Of a DNA stretch of 64,000 nucleotides, positions 50,141 through 63,170 are shown one piece after another. The stretch covers positions 84,506,001 through 84,570,000 of the forward strand of contig CM068745.1 of the NCBI GenBank assembly GCA_035084275.1. The letters run 5' to 3'. Both the position numbers and the translations under genes were made by a program. How positions within the stretch are numbered: the stretch's first letter is position 1; each line of letters begins with the position of its first letter. Origin of the DNA: Hydrolagus colliei (lineage: Eukaryota). The notes below the pieces were generated by a model. The model searched no databases. It saw nothing but the letters and a program-made list of their open reading frames with translations, and was not told the DNA's origin.

Positions 50141-50220
50141 TGCTGTCATGTTCCATGTGAAAAATAAACCTTCTTAGAAAAAAACTTTTCTATCATATAA
50201 ACTGAATTGGTCTTCCCTAC

Positions 50221-50397
50221 CTGAGTGAATCCGAGTTTGATACGTCGCTGTTTAAATGTCTTGGCAAACTGTTCAAGTTCCTCAAGGTCACTAGGCTCCT
50301 CTATGTTAGGAGTGTCTACGCGCTTTGGTGTTGACTGGCTCTGCTGAACCGACTGGATAGGAGTTGTTGCTATCGTTGTGCGTGTCGGTGTTGCTGG
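50221..50397 (-). CDS. POU2F1: Oct-1 exon, start of POU-specific domain: [10 protein letters not shown]...[27 protein letters not shown]
   Basis: ttctttcAG / GTaggg; 177 nt. Confidence 0.98.
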
Positions 50398-51959
50398 CTG
50401 AAAGAAAACAAATCATAATTTTTTATCGATTGGTTGGGTTATGGAGATTTATATCCTACATCAATCCTAGATTATGACAATCTATGCAACACATCCCCCC
50501 AAATTACACAATCTAGTTCAGTGACATTCAAATTCAATAATTTGGGATGTCCTCCTGACATGAAAGGCGCTATACAAGTATAATTTTGTTGTTAGTTCAG
50601 TAACATTAAATTCTGTTCAAAAAACACTCATGTTCAACATAGCCACACCATAAACTGTACTTGAACAGTGGGGTGAAGAGTTGTAGAAATGACCTTTCTT
50701 AAGAGATTTATACAGTTCAGGTTATTTTGAGAATGGAGAGCACAGGTAATATAGGTTTAATGTTTTGTTTGAAAAGAGAAAAATTGTGCATGATTGGTTA
50801 TTGGGAAATATGGCTTTTACATTTTGTGTATTTTCTACTAAACAAATATTCTGTTTTATTTCAAATTTTGTGTGATGTATAGCTGATTTCTTTATTTCCG
50901 CTGATTTCTGTGCACCCAGTAAGTATACCCGTTGAATGTTAATATAGAGGAATACTGTAATAGCTTTAATTGTTGCTCTGTTTCAAACATATCAGTCATT
51001 TCAATGCGGAACTCAGTCTACATTCTGAAATGCATGGCAGACATACCATTTCCCATTTGCACACCTCATAAGGTGTAGTTACTCATTATTTTTACAAAAG
51101 TTAATTTATATATACTGTATTATATATATACACACACACACTTCTGAATTTTACTCTCTTGGGGTCTGATACCTCTTGATTGAATCAGTTGCAAAGGGAT
51201 AGGAAGACCGAATAGGACAACGCATGAACAAACTGGCTTTCTACCTCTGGGGCCAGAGTTGGAAACTAGCCGAGACAGATGGAAAGAAAAGCATCAGACT
51301 GTCGGCTGAAGAATTCATGAATTATTGAAAAGGGTATCAAGGCAACAATGTTTGCATTTAAAAACTGCCATCAACAGGTGGAGGATGGAACAGTGAGACG
51401 GCAGAATAGGACACCTTGGACCAGCAGGGAATACAAGAATAACTGCTTGCATTTATATAATGCCCTTTAATTAGAGTCCCAATTTGAAGCACTTAAAGAC
51501 AGGGGAGGCGACCATACGAAATGTTAAAAAGGTAGGTAAATTAATCATAGTAACATTTTTCATCTCAAAGCCAATGTCAACCTGTACACAAAATAAAACG
51601 GAGAAGCAGGAAGCGCACATGAATCTTTTGTTTCATGTGTGTGAACATAGAATGTTCATTCATTCTGGGAATAGACATAAACTGTGATCAGATAGATTTG
51701 TAGAATTTGAATTTATGAGAAATTAAGAGATAAACCTTAAAAATAAGTCTGTGCAATTTTCCATTCTAAATGCATTGAAGGCATTTTCACTTTGGACAGG
51801 ATGAAAGTTGGCAATACAATTTCAGTACTCTCCATAATCTAAATGTGAAGATCTATCCAGATACACTGTGAGCATAGCTTAGCACAAAACCAAGGAACAT
51901 CAATTAAGCCATCGTAGTGTTCAGGCATTGGTGGTCAGAAGTGCTGGAATCAAGCCCCA

Positions 51960-52168
51960 AATCAGAACCTTGAGCTCAGTCCAGGTGGGTACAGGTGGAC
52001 ACTTCCATGCATTGCTGGGAGAGATGAGATATTAAATCGAGATCCCAACATTGTTGTGTACAAATTAGCTGCCACATTTGCCTACACATTCACTATACCA
52101 TAAATCTCGCGGAGAGCTTGGGAGACATTCTGACAACCTGGTAAGGTGCCAGATCAAGGATTATTATT
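51960..52168 (+). mobile_element. Decayed DeuSINE-like remnant
   Basis: gatgagatattaaatcgagatccc, ttgtgtacaaattagctgccacattt, tail aaggattattatt. Confidence 0.5.
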
Positions 52169-52262
52169 TCAGCGTTTAAATTTTGATAAGGGATAAAAAA
52201 AGCTATGAAAGATTTAGGAGTTTAGGTTAGCCTCGACACAGTTTTGATTCCATTAAACGGAC

Positions 52263-52357
52263 CTGCGTGCTGAAGGTGATGCTTGGCTGAGACTGCAGGA
52301 GGTTGGCTTGGCTTTGCTGAGGTAGTTGTTGTAGAAGGTTCTGGGCTTGTAGGAGAC
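52263..52357 (-). CDS. POU2F1: Oct-1 exon: (G)[31 protein letters not shown]
   Basis: ctattAG / GTccgt; 95 nt, phase 1-0. Confidence 0.94.
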
Positions 52358-53169
52358 CTAATAGAATGGAAACAAATGTTTTTTTTAAAAAAAATTATCA
52401 GAAAAAAATGCTTCTGTTCTAAAGTTCAATTGAAAAACCATCGATTCCCCTGGAATCAATTGTAAAAAAAGATTCGCCCAAAACAAAAGACGTCACAATC
52501 AAAGACAGAAAATAATCTGGAGTATTAAGCTTTTTGTTTTGCGCCTAAACATGGTCAGAAACAAAGGAGAAGAAACTATTCTACAAGATGAAGTTGATCT
52601 GTTCAATGAAGATTTTTTTTTAGCAGCAGCCCAAGAGTACGAAGCATAAAGAATACGATCGGATCAAGAATTGCAATGAATTTGTGCTTGGGTGCTCTCA
52701 GACTCCACCCTGTGGGAAGGGCACTATGTAAATGTTGTTATAGGGAATGTATTCTCCCTGCAATGCTGTTGACGTAGATCAAATTTCTTGTACAGAATTG
52801 TAATGATCTGCCATCTGCCTAAAAAGATCTTAAAATAATATTTCAGATCCATGTATCAATTACATTTTAACAATTTCTATCCATTCCGCTTTCATTTTAC
52901 GGTGAGTGTCTCCCAAATCATAATGAATTACTATGTATTGATAAAATCTTGAAAGGTGACAAAGGATGTGTATATATATATATTTTTTATATATATATAT
53001 TAAAAATAAAATTGATATCCTAGCTCTCAAAGAACGGTGCATTTTTAAGCAATCAAAACACCCTTGTGTCGCATTTCTACCCTAAGAAAGGCTACATTCA
53101 TTGTCCGAGCACACATTTTCTCTCATTCCTTCCTTGACCAATTCGATCATCACATAAAGAAGTTCTAAC

Positions 53170-53308
53170 CTTGTTGCCCCTGTGGTGATTGTGAGATGAT
53201 AAACTGTGTTGGTTGCAGGTTTGTGGTGATCGGGTGACCCGGCTGCACCAGAACGAACTGTTGCAGGTTCAAGTTTTGTTGCTGTAACTGTTGCAACTGT
53301 TGCAGGTC
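53170..53308 (-). CDS. POU2F1: Oct-1 Q-rich exon: [46 protein letters not shown](G)
   Basis: tttgacAG / GTtaga; 139 nt, phase 0-1. Confidence 0.95.
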
Positions 53309-53473
53309 CTGTCAAATGATAGAATAGTCAGTTGAACAACTATAGTAACTTAACACGTTAAAATGACAATCCAGCTAAACCGGCTTTCAGGTTCTGTACA
53401 CCCGCACTAGATTGGAAGTGCAGTACGTCCACCTTTTGTTGCTGACTAGCTGCGCTTAAAATTGATCAGATTT

Positions 53474-53733
53474 GACAGTATATTTTGTGGGCGAAACGCG
53501 GCAGCCAACTGCACACAACAGTGTCCCACAAACAGTCATGGATTGAATGACCACATTATTATTCTTTTAAGGAATTATTATTATTACTACCCCTGGAAAA
53601 GCGATCCACCAATCGAATAACAACCGGGTTCCTAGTTACTGCTGTTAAACAGCGACGTGTGGAGGAAGGAAACATGCCCAAGAATCAAACTCGCTTGTGA
53701 GGTGAGTGCTCTAACCACTAAACTACAGGATTC
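53474..53733 (-). mobile_element. SINE long variant, tail missing
   Basis: Head (gctctaaccactaaactacagg), internal segment and body. Confidence 0.82.
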
Positions 53734-54002
53734 TAGAAATCGGTACTGTTCTCAAATCAACGTACTACTGGACCACAAATTTGGTCTGATTATTAAGTCT
53801 GACAAGTGGTTTGATCTTGAAAGAGGCAATTGGTCTTCAAAGATTTTACAACAGAGAAAAAAAACATACCCCTGTGATCTATTAACTTAACTGGCCACTG
53901 TGGTTCTGGGCCTATGATTTCTATATTAAAAAAAAGTTTTCAGTTTATCAATTTCATAAGTAGGAAGGAAATAAAAGCGGTAAGGAGGACGTGTTTGCTT
54001 AC

Positions 54003-54179
54003 TTGTATTTGGATTGGTTGTGAGATGGGTATTTGGGCCATGGGAGTTGCTGCTGTGGCAGAAATGGTGGTCCCCGTGGCATTATGTTGCTGATTTGCTG
54101 AGTGTTGGACTGCAGCAGCCAGAAGCTGGGCCTGCGCTTGCTGAAGTAGCAACTGCTGCTGTGCTGTTGTCAACGTCAG
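54003..54179 (-). CDS. POU2F1: Oct-1 Q-rich exon: [25 protein letters not shown]...QPIQIQ
   Basis: tttctgtAG / GTaagc; 177 nt, phase 0-0. Confidence 0.95.
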
Positions 54180-54363
54180 CTACAGAAACAAACGCAGAAC
54201 AGAAATAGGCACCACTAACATCAAAGGAACAAAAATCAAGTGCTATTGTAATTATTTGTTGCTCCTAATCTAATATCATTTTTTTTAAACTATCGAAGAA
54301 AATGCATTTTAGTTTCACGGAGGTTAAAAAGTCTTTCATTATTAATAATACACTCATTATATT

Positions 54364-54560
54364 AATAATAATAATCCTTGCATTTGATATAGCGCTTTCC
54401 ACATCTTCTAGGCATCTCAAAGCGCTTCACAGAACATACTGTAACGTGAATTGACTGTATATTTGTGGGTGAAACATGGCAGCCAATTGTGCATAGCAGC
54501 GTCCCACATACAGTCGTAGATTGAAATGACCACTTTATTATTGGGGGTTTTTGAGGGATT
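54364..54560 (-). mobile_element. SINE 3' part
   Basis: (aat)n-ccttgcatttgatatagcgc...tagattgaaatgacc. Confidence 0.88.
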
Positions 54561-54802
54561 ATTTCTATGAAACAGTAAACAGTTTCTATGAAAAGGCAAC
54601 TCCTTGAATAATGTTTGCGTTCTTTGAGGGAAGAATTAATTTAATTCCATCGCATTTTCAAGCAGACCACATTTGATTTTTTTAAAACTATTAACTGGAA
54701 CACTCCGATCTATCCACCATTCCTCACTATGCTAATGCTAAGGTTGAGACATGTGTTAATCTAGGAACAAAACTGAATTGCAGTTAAAAGTCTCTAACTT
54801 AC

Positions 54803-54922
54803 CCCAGTGATTTGACCTCCAAGCATTAGCTGGGTCTGTGGTAGAGTGGTCTGTAAAGATGGTTGCTGTAAAGACTGGATTATCTGTTGGGATGAAGAAT
54901 CTCCTGATTCTTCACTTTTTAC
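54803..54922 (-). CDS. POU2F1: Oct-1 exon: VKSEESGDSSSQQIIQSLQQPSLQTTLPQTQLMLGGQITG
   Basis: cttaAG / GTaagt; 120 nt; EESGDS and PQTQLML.GGQITG motifs. Confidence 0.93.
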
Positions 54923-56735
54923 CTTAAGAACATCATAAGAAACTGATACGTTATTACAACATTTTGAAAACAAAAATTGCACATTAAAGTTCCTAGAGCT
55001 ACGCTTTGTTTTGATTTAAGTTGAACATCACCATTACTTTTAAGTACAGTTGGTAGCCTACTCTTTTCAAGGCTATGTTTCAAACGGAACATGAAACCTT
55101 TTGCGATTCTTTAGTCCTATCTGAAAATCCAAAAGGGAACTGGATACATATTTAAAATGAGTAAACTGCAGGTGTTTGGAGTAAAGGCTGGTAAATTTCT
55201 ATGGTTTTAATATTTCAACAAGTTCATTCAGCCATTAACTGGGCCATACAAATGAGGAAGGTACCAGGTTTGATCCTCACTCTATGCTAAGACAGAAGTA
55301 AGGGATGGTACTATCAGCTTCAGGCTACAGAGGGGAAAGCAGCCAGAACTGTTAGCCCAGACTGGTGGGTAAATGTACATGGTTACAGAGACAGGACAAG
55401 CAATGATGTCCGCCCAAAAAGCACACTTAGAAGGTGGACGTAACTTAAGCGATGGGAATAAAATCAGTCAAGAAGATATTCAAAAATATATTTTTAAAAA
55501 CTTATTAAGTACTCCTATTGTCAGAAGGGTCTGATGTTTGCAGAAGGTTTCAAAAATGACCTCTCAATGAATAAACCGTTTTAGTTGAGGTTGGTTAATC
55601 TTGAATTTTACTTCAAAGAAATAAAAAGATATATGCTTTTATACCAAAATGAAAGTTAGAAATTGAGGGATTGCAATAAAGGAATATTCTTATACTTTTA
55701 CTATTATTTTTTATATATACACATACAAAGACATATATTATATATGCATACTTATATATACACACACACACACACACGTATATATATACACACACACGTT
55801 TATGAAAATACTGAGGGACTATGAGAGCATGCACAGAGGGAGTGGAATTCCTTTTCAGACCACTGAAACTGGAAAAGCATTCAAGGGCAAAACTGTCCAG
55901 GTTTATATTCTGTCACAAAACAGATGCTTTGAGATTCATCAGTGCTGAACTTTGTCTGCTAAAGCGTCACATTGAAAATATTTATAACATTGAAAGCAAT
56001 TTTTTTTCCTTTTTCGGTTGCCATTAAGATACTGTGTATTTCCTCTATCTTTGCTAATTTTCCCCTTCTAAATTTCTTCTATCCTCTTCTCTTCTTGCCA
56101 TGAATACGAAACTTCCACAAGCAAACACTCTTCAGACTGTTGAAATGACTATTTTGCCATGTGAGGCTGGGTGTCAGAAAGCTATTGAACTGTGAGAGAT
56201 ATTGCAGTCAAGGTAGATCCTGTTCAGATATCCACAAATATGCACCACTAACAAGAGGACACTGAATATTGATCAGGAGTGGTAACACCGATGGACTTTT
56301 ACTTTAAGGTAAAATCCTGGGGCACTGCAAAGAAAAAAAAATTATCTTCTTGCCACCTGAGTAGTATTTTTTTAAAATTATTTTCCAGCATTTATGTTTT
56401 CTTCTTTTGGTCCAATACAGTTTTTGTAACTTGACCCACAAAAATATTAATAAATATCCCGAGGTCAGAATAAAACAGATGATTTGTTTTTTTGATTAGT
56501 GTGTGATATGTGCCGAAACCCTTCACCATCTTTAAGAGTATCCAAACCAAACCGAGTGGACAAAGACACTTCCCAGTTTGGCACTTCGCCATATTGATCA
56601 GGCTTCATAGTGAAACCGCAAGTTAGTTAATTTCAGCTGAGGCTGAATTGGGATACAACATTTAATATGAATGATGAAAAACTTAACTGATACTGCCATG
56701 ACTCAAAATAATTACAAAATATATCTTAGTATATA

Positions 56736-57042
56736 AGAATAATCCTTGCATTAGATTATAGCGCTTTTCGCATCTTATCAACATCTCAAAGCGCTTCACA
56801 GAATACACTGTAAAGTGAATTGACTGTATATTTGTGGGTGAAATGGGCAGCCAATTGCGCACAGCAGCGTCCCACAAACACTTGTGGATTGAAATGACCA
56901 ATTTTATTATTGTAGTTTTTTTGGGACGGATTATTATTAGGCGTGTGGAGTAAGGAAATTTGCTCAAGGTTTCGCCCTGACCTGCCTGGATTTGAATACA
57001 GGTCTCACACTTGTAAGGCGAGCGCTCTAACCACTGAGCTAC
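56736..57042 (-). mobile_element. Full-length SINE, same subfamily as 2341-2728
   Basis: Shares gtgagacctgt.tt..aatccaggcag.tcaggg and taataatccgtccc diagnostics. Confidence 0.92.
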
Positions 57043-58734
57043 ATGAATATATATGGAAATGCAGCCTAGAAGTGTGCTTATATCTTCAGGATAGGAGAAG
57101 AGGCAAAATAATCCAGAGGGTAATGTAAATGATGACCATTAGTTTTACATTGATCATTTTATGCAGATTCTGGAGTAGAATTATGCAGTATTTATCTACT
57201 TCTAGCACACCAGAGGTGGTATCAGACACTAAAATACAAAAAATCTCCGCGGTACCAAAAATAAACTTCTGTAAGCTCACCAGCGCCACCATCATGTAAT
57301 TACTGGTGTGGCCGCAGTTACAAATTTGGCTGCATTTTTCCCCACTTCAAAAGCATTAATTTTACTGCCACAAATATCACATTAACTATCCATCACTCAA
57401 GGTTGCAAGTTCAGCTCCCTCTTTTTTGAAAGCTCGCCAGTTTATTAATTACTGCTCCATACATGTTATCTTATTTTTTTTTAATGTTTCCTAACATTAA
57501 TGTCCTCTCTACTACTATTTTCACTAAAAATATGTATTACGCATTTCCTCCAGATCCAATTTTCTGATCTGTGCCACAAAACCCTTGAACAGCTAACTAT
57601 AGCGTGGTTATTTTAGGGTGCACAATTAAATCTACACTAAATTTTTAAAAACTTGCATTTGCACAGCACAAGAAGACATATAAACATCTCAAAAGAATTT
57701 CACAGCATCAAATGTAGATGGCTTGCTTTTTTTAAATAGAAAAACCCAGTAGCATTATCCCACAAACAACCATGACGTGATTGACCAAATAATCCGGAGG
57801 ATTGCTGGCCAGAACACTGCTGGAATCTAATTTCTCTATTTGAATAGTGATCTGTGGGAATGGAACCCGATATGCTGTGTCAACAATACACATTACAAAA
57901 AAACTCAATCTCTAAAACATTTTGACAAAACACAAATCTAAATTAAATGTAAGGATTATTAATAACATACAATAACCCTTGCATTTGATATTGGTCTTAT
58001 CACACCGACAATACTGTCTCAAAGTGCTTCATGGGGTTTTTAATTAAAGTGTAGATTCTGCATTTGTAGGCAAACACAATCTTTAATGCCTTTAACATCC
58101 ACTGAAGCAGGGAAAGGGAATCCTGGTTTAATTTCTTAACCAAAAGAATGCACCTCTGACAATGCAGGCTCATCTAGTAATAAACTGTGGAGTACCAACT
58201 CTTTATTACAGGATCAACTCCAAAAATGTGGCTTTTTTTGTCAGCTAGATGTTTGTCATGTGCAGAAATATTCAAGCTAGACAAATGGCATGTGAATGAT
58301 TTCTACACATGTGCTTGAAATGGAATGTGCACTCATTTCCTTGAGGGAGACATCTGGTTTATCTAATTCTGGAGAATATTAAGCACAGGAGGGGGGATTG
58401 AACCCCAAACCTTCATAACCCAGAGATGAGAGTGCTCCTGACTAAGCCAGAAAACTGGATGTATAATGGTATTCAAGATATCATTGTCTTCCTGCTGTCC
58501 CGTAGGGAGCTCCAATCTTGAATACAAGTCAAACAAAAACTCATGTATATTCTCCAAAGAGACAATTCAACTATTTGACTGCATAGCACTAAAATATACA
58601 AGGTTGAGGAGCAAGTAAAGTTTATTTCCTACAATGTGCCAGTGTACTGCAAGAAAAAAAACATGGATCAAAACAAAGCTTTACATTATACTGTAATTGT
58701 AACTTTTTGACAGTGGTATTGCAAATCCAACTTA

Positions 58735-59545
58735 ACAGGCAGATCTGGCTGGACCTTATCAAATCTTACCTCACCTCCACTAATTTATTCATAATTCAAG
58801 ATAATCTTGGGAGGCCAAGGAGAACCTCAGACTCCTCTTCTCCATCACTAATTAGCTCCTCTGACCACCCTCTCACGCATTGCCCTTTCCTGTCCTCCTC
58901 TTTGCGCCTTGGGACGTCCTCCTGACGTGAAAGGCGCTCTATAAATGTAATTTTGTTTTTGTTTGCCGCCTTAAATACGGTTGACCATTCTATCCTTGTC
59001 CACCCTCCCTTGGCCTCTACTCTCACCTCAATATTCATGTTTCAGTCCATGAATGCTTCAGATCCTACCTCTATTACTGTCTCCACGTTATCTCCACAAA
59101 CGGTTCCTCCTCTAGTCCCCACACCGTTCCTCAGGGCTTTGTCCTCAGTCCCTCCTCTTCAATATCTATATGCTCCCTCTTGGTGACATGTTCCACGGAC
59201 ATGGGAATCAATTTCCACATGTATGCAGATGACACCCAACTGTATCTCTCTGTCTCCAGTCTCGACTCCAGGACTACTGTTGTCTTGACAGAATGTCTGT
59301 CAGACATCAAGTCCTGGATGAGAGCGCACTTTCTACATTTGGTCATCAATCAAGACTGACGCTCTCCTGATCGGCTCCCATCAGCGCCTCCACACCTCCG
59401 GCACTCACAACATCACCGTCCATGGATGCACCTTCACCTTACTGAACCAGTCCGCAAACTTGGCGCCTTGTTTTGACTCACAACTATCCTTTTTACCACA
59501 CATCCATGTCCAGCTCTGCCCCCACCCCAACATCGCCCGGCTCCG
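58735..59545 (+). mobile_element. Decayed L2 ORF2 pieces with an L2 3' tail (about 58865-58950) between them
   Basis: RQIWLD.IK, then tail, then AALNTVDHSIL..and tatgcagatgacacccaactgtat (YADDTQLY). Confidence 0.85.
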
Positions 59546-62123
59546 TCACTATGAATGAGCATATGAGACAATAACATCCACTACCCAAACTCTCTCATGT
59601 CGGCCTCCCCAACTCCTCCCTCCCTCGGCCACATTGGCTGCTGTGGAAATAGTTCTTTGTGACATTGTGCAGCAGATGGCGCTCAACTGACAAAAGTCAA
59701 GCTGCAGTGTAATAAAACTTAAAGCTAACAATATACTGTACACCCTAAGAAATGAAATATTCCTCTTGCTTTACTGACCCACCTCAAATCAGAAATCCCT
59801 CACTGTGATGAGCGCTAAATATAAACCTTTTATCAAAATAGATTTCACAGAAGCACAGTGTTTTACCGCATACAATATGCATAAGGAGTTGTGTGACCTC
59901 AGGCAGCATTTTACTGCTTTTCTGTTATAATAAATAACGCTGGCCACAAATTCTCAATCCATATCTTTACCTATGCCAAAACAGAGGATTTGAAATGTAG
60001 TTTTTGTACAAATATTGTAGTTTTTCCTTTCATTATCTAGATGTTTTAACCAGTGTGCTTGCAAACTCCCAACCTTTATTACGATTGAAAGTGAGCAATC
60101 TACACTGACTTCCAAAGAAACATTACTTGATACTTAATTTCCACATAATCTTTTCTGAGATGATAATTTTCTCTGTTAATATTTGCTTTGAGTACATTAT
60201 TCCATGTGGCATGCATCTCTGGCTATTTTTACTTTTAAAAGTAGGACTAGAAATCTTGTTCAGTGGAGTGAGTACAAACTTTAAACCAGCATCTTAAATT
60301 TGTCAACAGTTTTTTCAGAGTTTCAGAGTCTTTCAGAAGTGCACTTGGAAGCTATTTTAAAGAGGTTAACTATAACACTTATTATTTTGGTCTAGTCTCC
60401 ACATCTTACTCTCAGCATTCAGCAAAAAAATCCAGCTGTGGCACCATTCTAAAGCTTGGCATCAACAAATAAATTTGGATTGAAGGTTCCTTCAATCTTA
60501 TTTGAAAATTCTTATTTGAAGAGTAAGAAGAAAATTCTTACTCTTCAAATAAGAATTTTCTTCAAGAATTTGTCGTATTTAAGACCTCAAGCACTTATGA
60601 GGGTCTAGGTTAGTAGGCTGCTGTGCTGACAATATCAATGATCCTCAACAAAACTGCAATGATGCTTTCCTGCCACTTGAGAGCGCTCTATAATTTAAAT
60701 AGCAAAAGGCATTTCCAAGATAAGAGGGCATAATAGATTTCTATTTATTCTAGGGTAGATTGTGGAGGTTTCGTAGCATCACACGTACCCAAATAAATCT
60801 GCACAAAACACTAAATCCACAAGTTACTTCTGCAATTGTTAGCATCATGACAGGCTTTAATTAAGCTCCTAAATTTGTCCGAGATTAAATAAAACAACCT
60901 AGTACTTTAATGTTTTTGATTGAACAAAACACTGATAAATGTAAAGCAATTACCCAACTAAATTGCTGTATTTCTAACAACATTTAAAAAAAAATCACAG
61001 CAATTACTCTGAATTATTTTGGGGGTGGAAAAGTCCTTAAAATTGAATGCTTAAATGTAAGGTGCCATTAAGCTACTATCTAGTGATTATCTGCTTTGTA
61101 CCCAATACCACTTTCATAATAATGGCCTACCGATGTCACCCATTCAATCCAATCTTCATAATTTAGAGAAATGGGAAGCAATTCGATGTGCTAGTAGCAT
61201 CATCTGAGCACTGTAGCACAATCCGTTTGTACTTTTGGAGGGGTGATTAACATTGTATTTTTTCTGCAAATAAACATTTTTTGTGACAAACAGACACAGA
61301 AGAAACCCCCCAAAAGATTTTTGGTAACAGGTCTTAATTATCTAAACTTGAACATTCAACCTACATGATGTCTTTGATGTTTGGTAATTGTAACACTGAA
61401 ACCATCATCCAATTTCACCCAAAGTCAGTCATTCGCATGACGCATAACCTACTCAGAATTTTTTTTTAACATTAACCACAGCATTGCAGTTAAGTTTTCC
61501 AATTATCACCCAATTCAATGCTTTTCCATCAATTAGCAGTGGACTACAGGGATCTTGTTCATTCTACATTATGGAAACATACATGCAACAGCACAAAATA
61601 AGTCAAATATGAAACACTGCAGACTGATAAAAATGGGAAAGGTAATTAAGAACAACTTAAACAGACCACTTCAATTTCCATTTTTTTCAGCTGAAACAGT
61701 GTTTAAAGTAATGATTAATTCTGTCTATCACACCCGAGATAATTACAGTGCAGAGTTGTAAACAGCCGGTTTCTGGAGATACATTTGTTTGGTATTGTTG
61801 GTCTTGGGGATTCAAATTTGCCATGGCAACCATGGCCATTTTCTTCTGAGAAAGAGCAAAAAAAGTGATGAAAGGTCATTTCCTTGGCAGCAAATAGCTT
61901 TTAAATGTTTTTTTCTGATAGGGAAGCAAGATGTTCTCCTTTCATCAAATATAAGACAGCTAATTTCCTCTCTCACCTCCCCCTTCCCCCCACCAATCCC
62001 TCAGAACCATGCCCGACACAGCACAGCTCCCAGTCTCCGTTTTCTCTTATATTAATACAACAGTTCGGCACAAAAGTCTACACTAAAGTTGCTCTGACTT
62101 TGTGTGGTAACAAAGCAGATTAC

Positions 62124-62180
62124 CTGCAAATTTAATGTTTGAGAAGCAGTTGACTGCAAAGTTGTTCCAGCAAGTTGTAC
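62124..62180 (-). CDS. POU2F1: Oct-1 exon: VQLAGTTLQSTASQTLNLQ
   Basis: ttatttcAG / GTaatc; 57 nt, phase 0-0; matches Oct-1 N-terminal VQLAGT..LN.Q. Confidence 0.9.
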
Positions 62181-62625
62181 CTGAAATAAAATAACAGTTA
62201 AGAATTTCTCCCCACCACAAATGTAATTAGAAAATGCCTCTTCTGGCAAACCTATTGGGACTTGAATAAAGGAGAAACATTAGGATGTCAAATCATTGCA
62301 CACATGCTAAAACAGATTTGAATAATATACGTTCTTTCTACCTTTATATATTGGTTTATTCTATCAAAAAAATCTGTCTGACTTCTCATTTTTCTTCAGT
62401 ATATAAATAAATGCATCATAAAAATGGGAGGGGTGTAGAAAATACAAATTGAAAGTTTTATTTAGCATTAGTAGCTGCTTGGAAGTCATGTCCCACTACC
62501 TCCACTTCGTCTCACTCCGTAATTGAAATTCTGTTCTCTTGAAGGACATAAGAACAAATTAAGATGTTAAGAAGAAAAGAAAGGCTCTGGTTACTCTAAT
62601 TCATTTAGGGAATTGATGGGAAAGC

Positions 62626-62648
62626 AGAGAGAGAGAGAGAGAGAGAGA
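62626..62648. repeat. (GA)n microsatellite
   Basis: Visible dinucleotide run. Confidence 0.9.
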
Positions 62649-62878
62649 AAGAGCTTCATGCACTGAGATTCGATCACAACATTTTAGTATTCTTCTTAGC
62701 TATACTCCAACTCAGAAGTACTTCCTGTAGCCTAAACCTATTTCTGAACAATCTGATTCAAGATACTTTATAATTAATTCAGTCTGCGATCAGAATATAA
62801 TTTGCTAAAAACAAACTACCAGTTTTCCACCAGATGGTTTTAAGGATGAGAAAGAGTTAATCTTCCTGCCCATTGGCA

Positions 62879-63170
62879 CAATAATAATAATCCTTACCTA
62901 TGATATAACGCTTTACATGTTTACTAGACGTCTCAAAGCGCTTCACAGAATATACTGTAAAGTGAATTGACTGTATATTTTGTGGGAGAAACGCGGCAGC
63001 GGACAGCAGTATCCCACAAACCATCTTGGACTGAGATGACCAATTTTTTATTATTGTTTTTTGAGGGATTATTATCAGGCATGTGGAGTAAAGAAACTTG
63101 CCCAAGGTTTGACTCTGCCTGGAATCGAACCCAGGTCTCTCGCTTGCAAGGCAAGTGCTCCAACCTCTGA
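62879..63170 (-). mobile_element. Full-length SINE (further decayed pieces at about 57970-58075 and 63401-63530)
   Basis: Tail, body and head (ggaatcgaacccaggtctctcgcttgcaagg) recognisable. Confidence 0.9.

Noticed and set aside
55230-56330. Possible inverted pair of an ancient SINE-like repeat (about 55230-55420 and 56160-56330)
   Set aside because: Too decayed to align to each other by eye; rests on vague recollection only.
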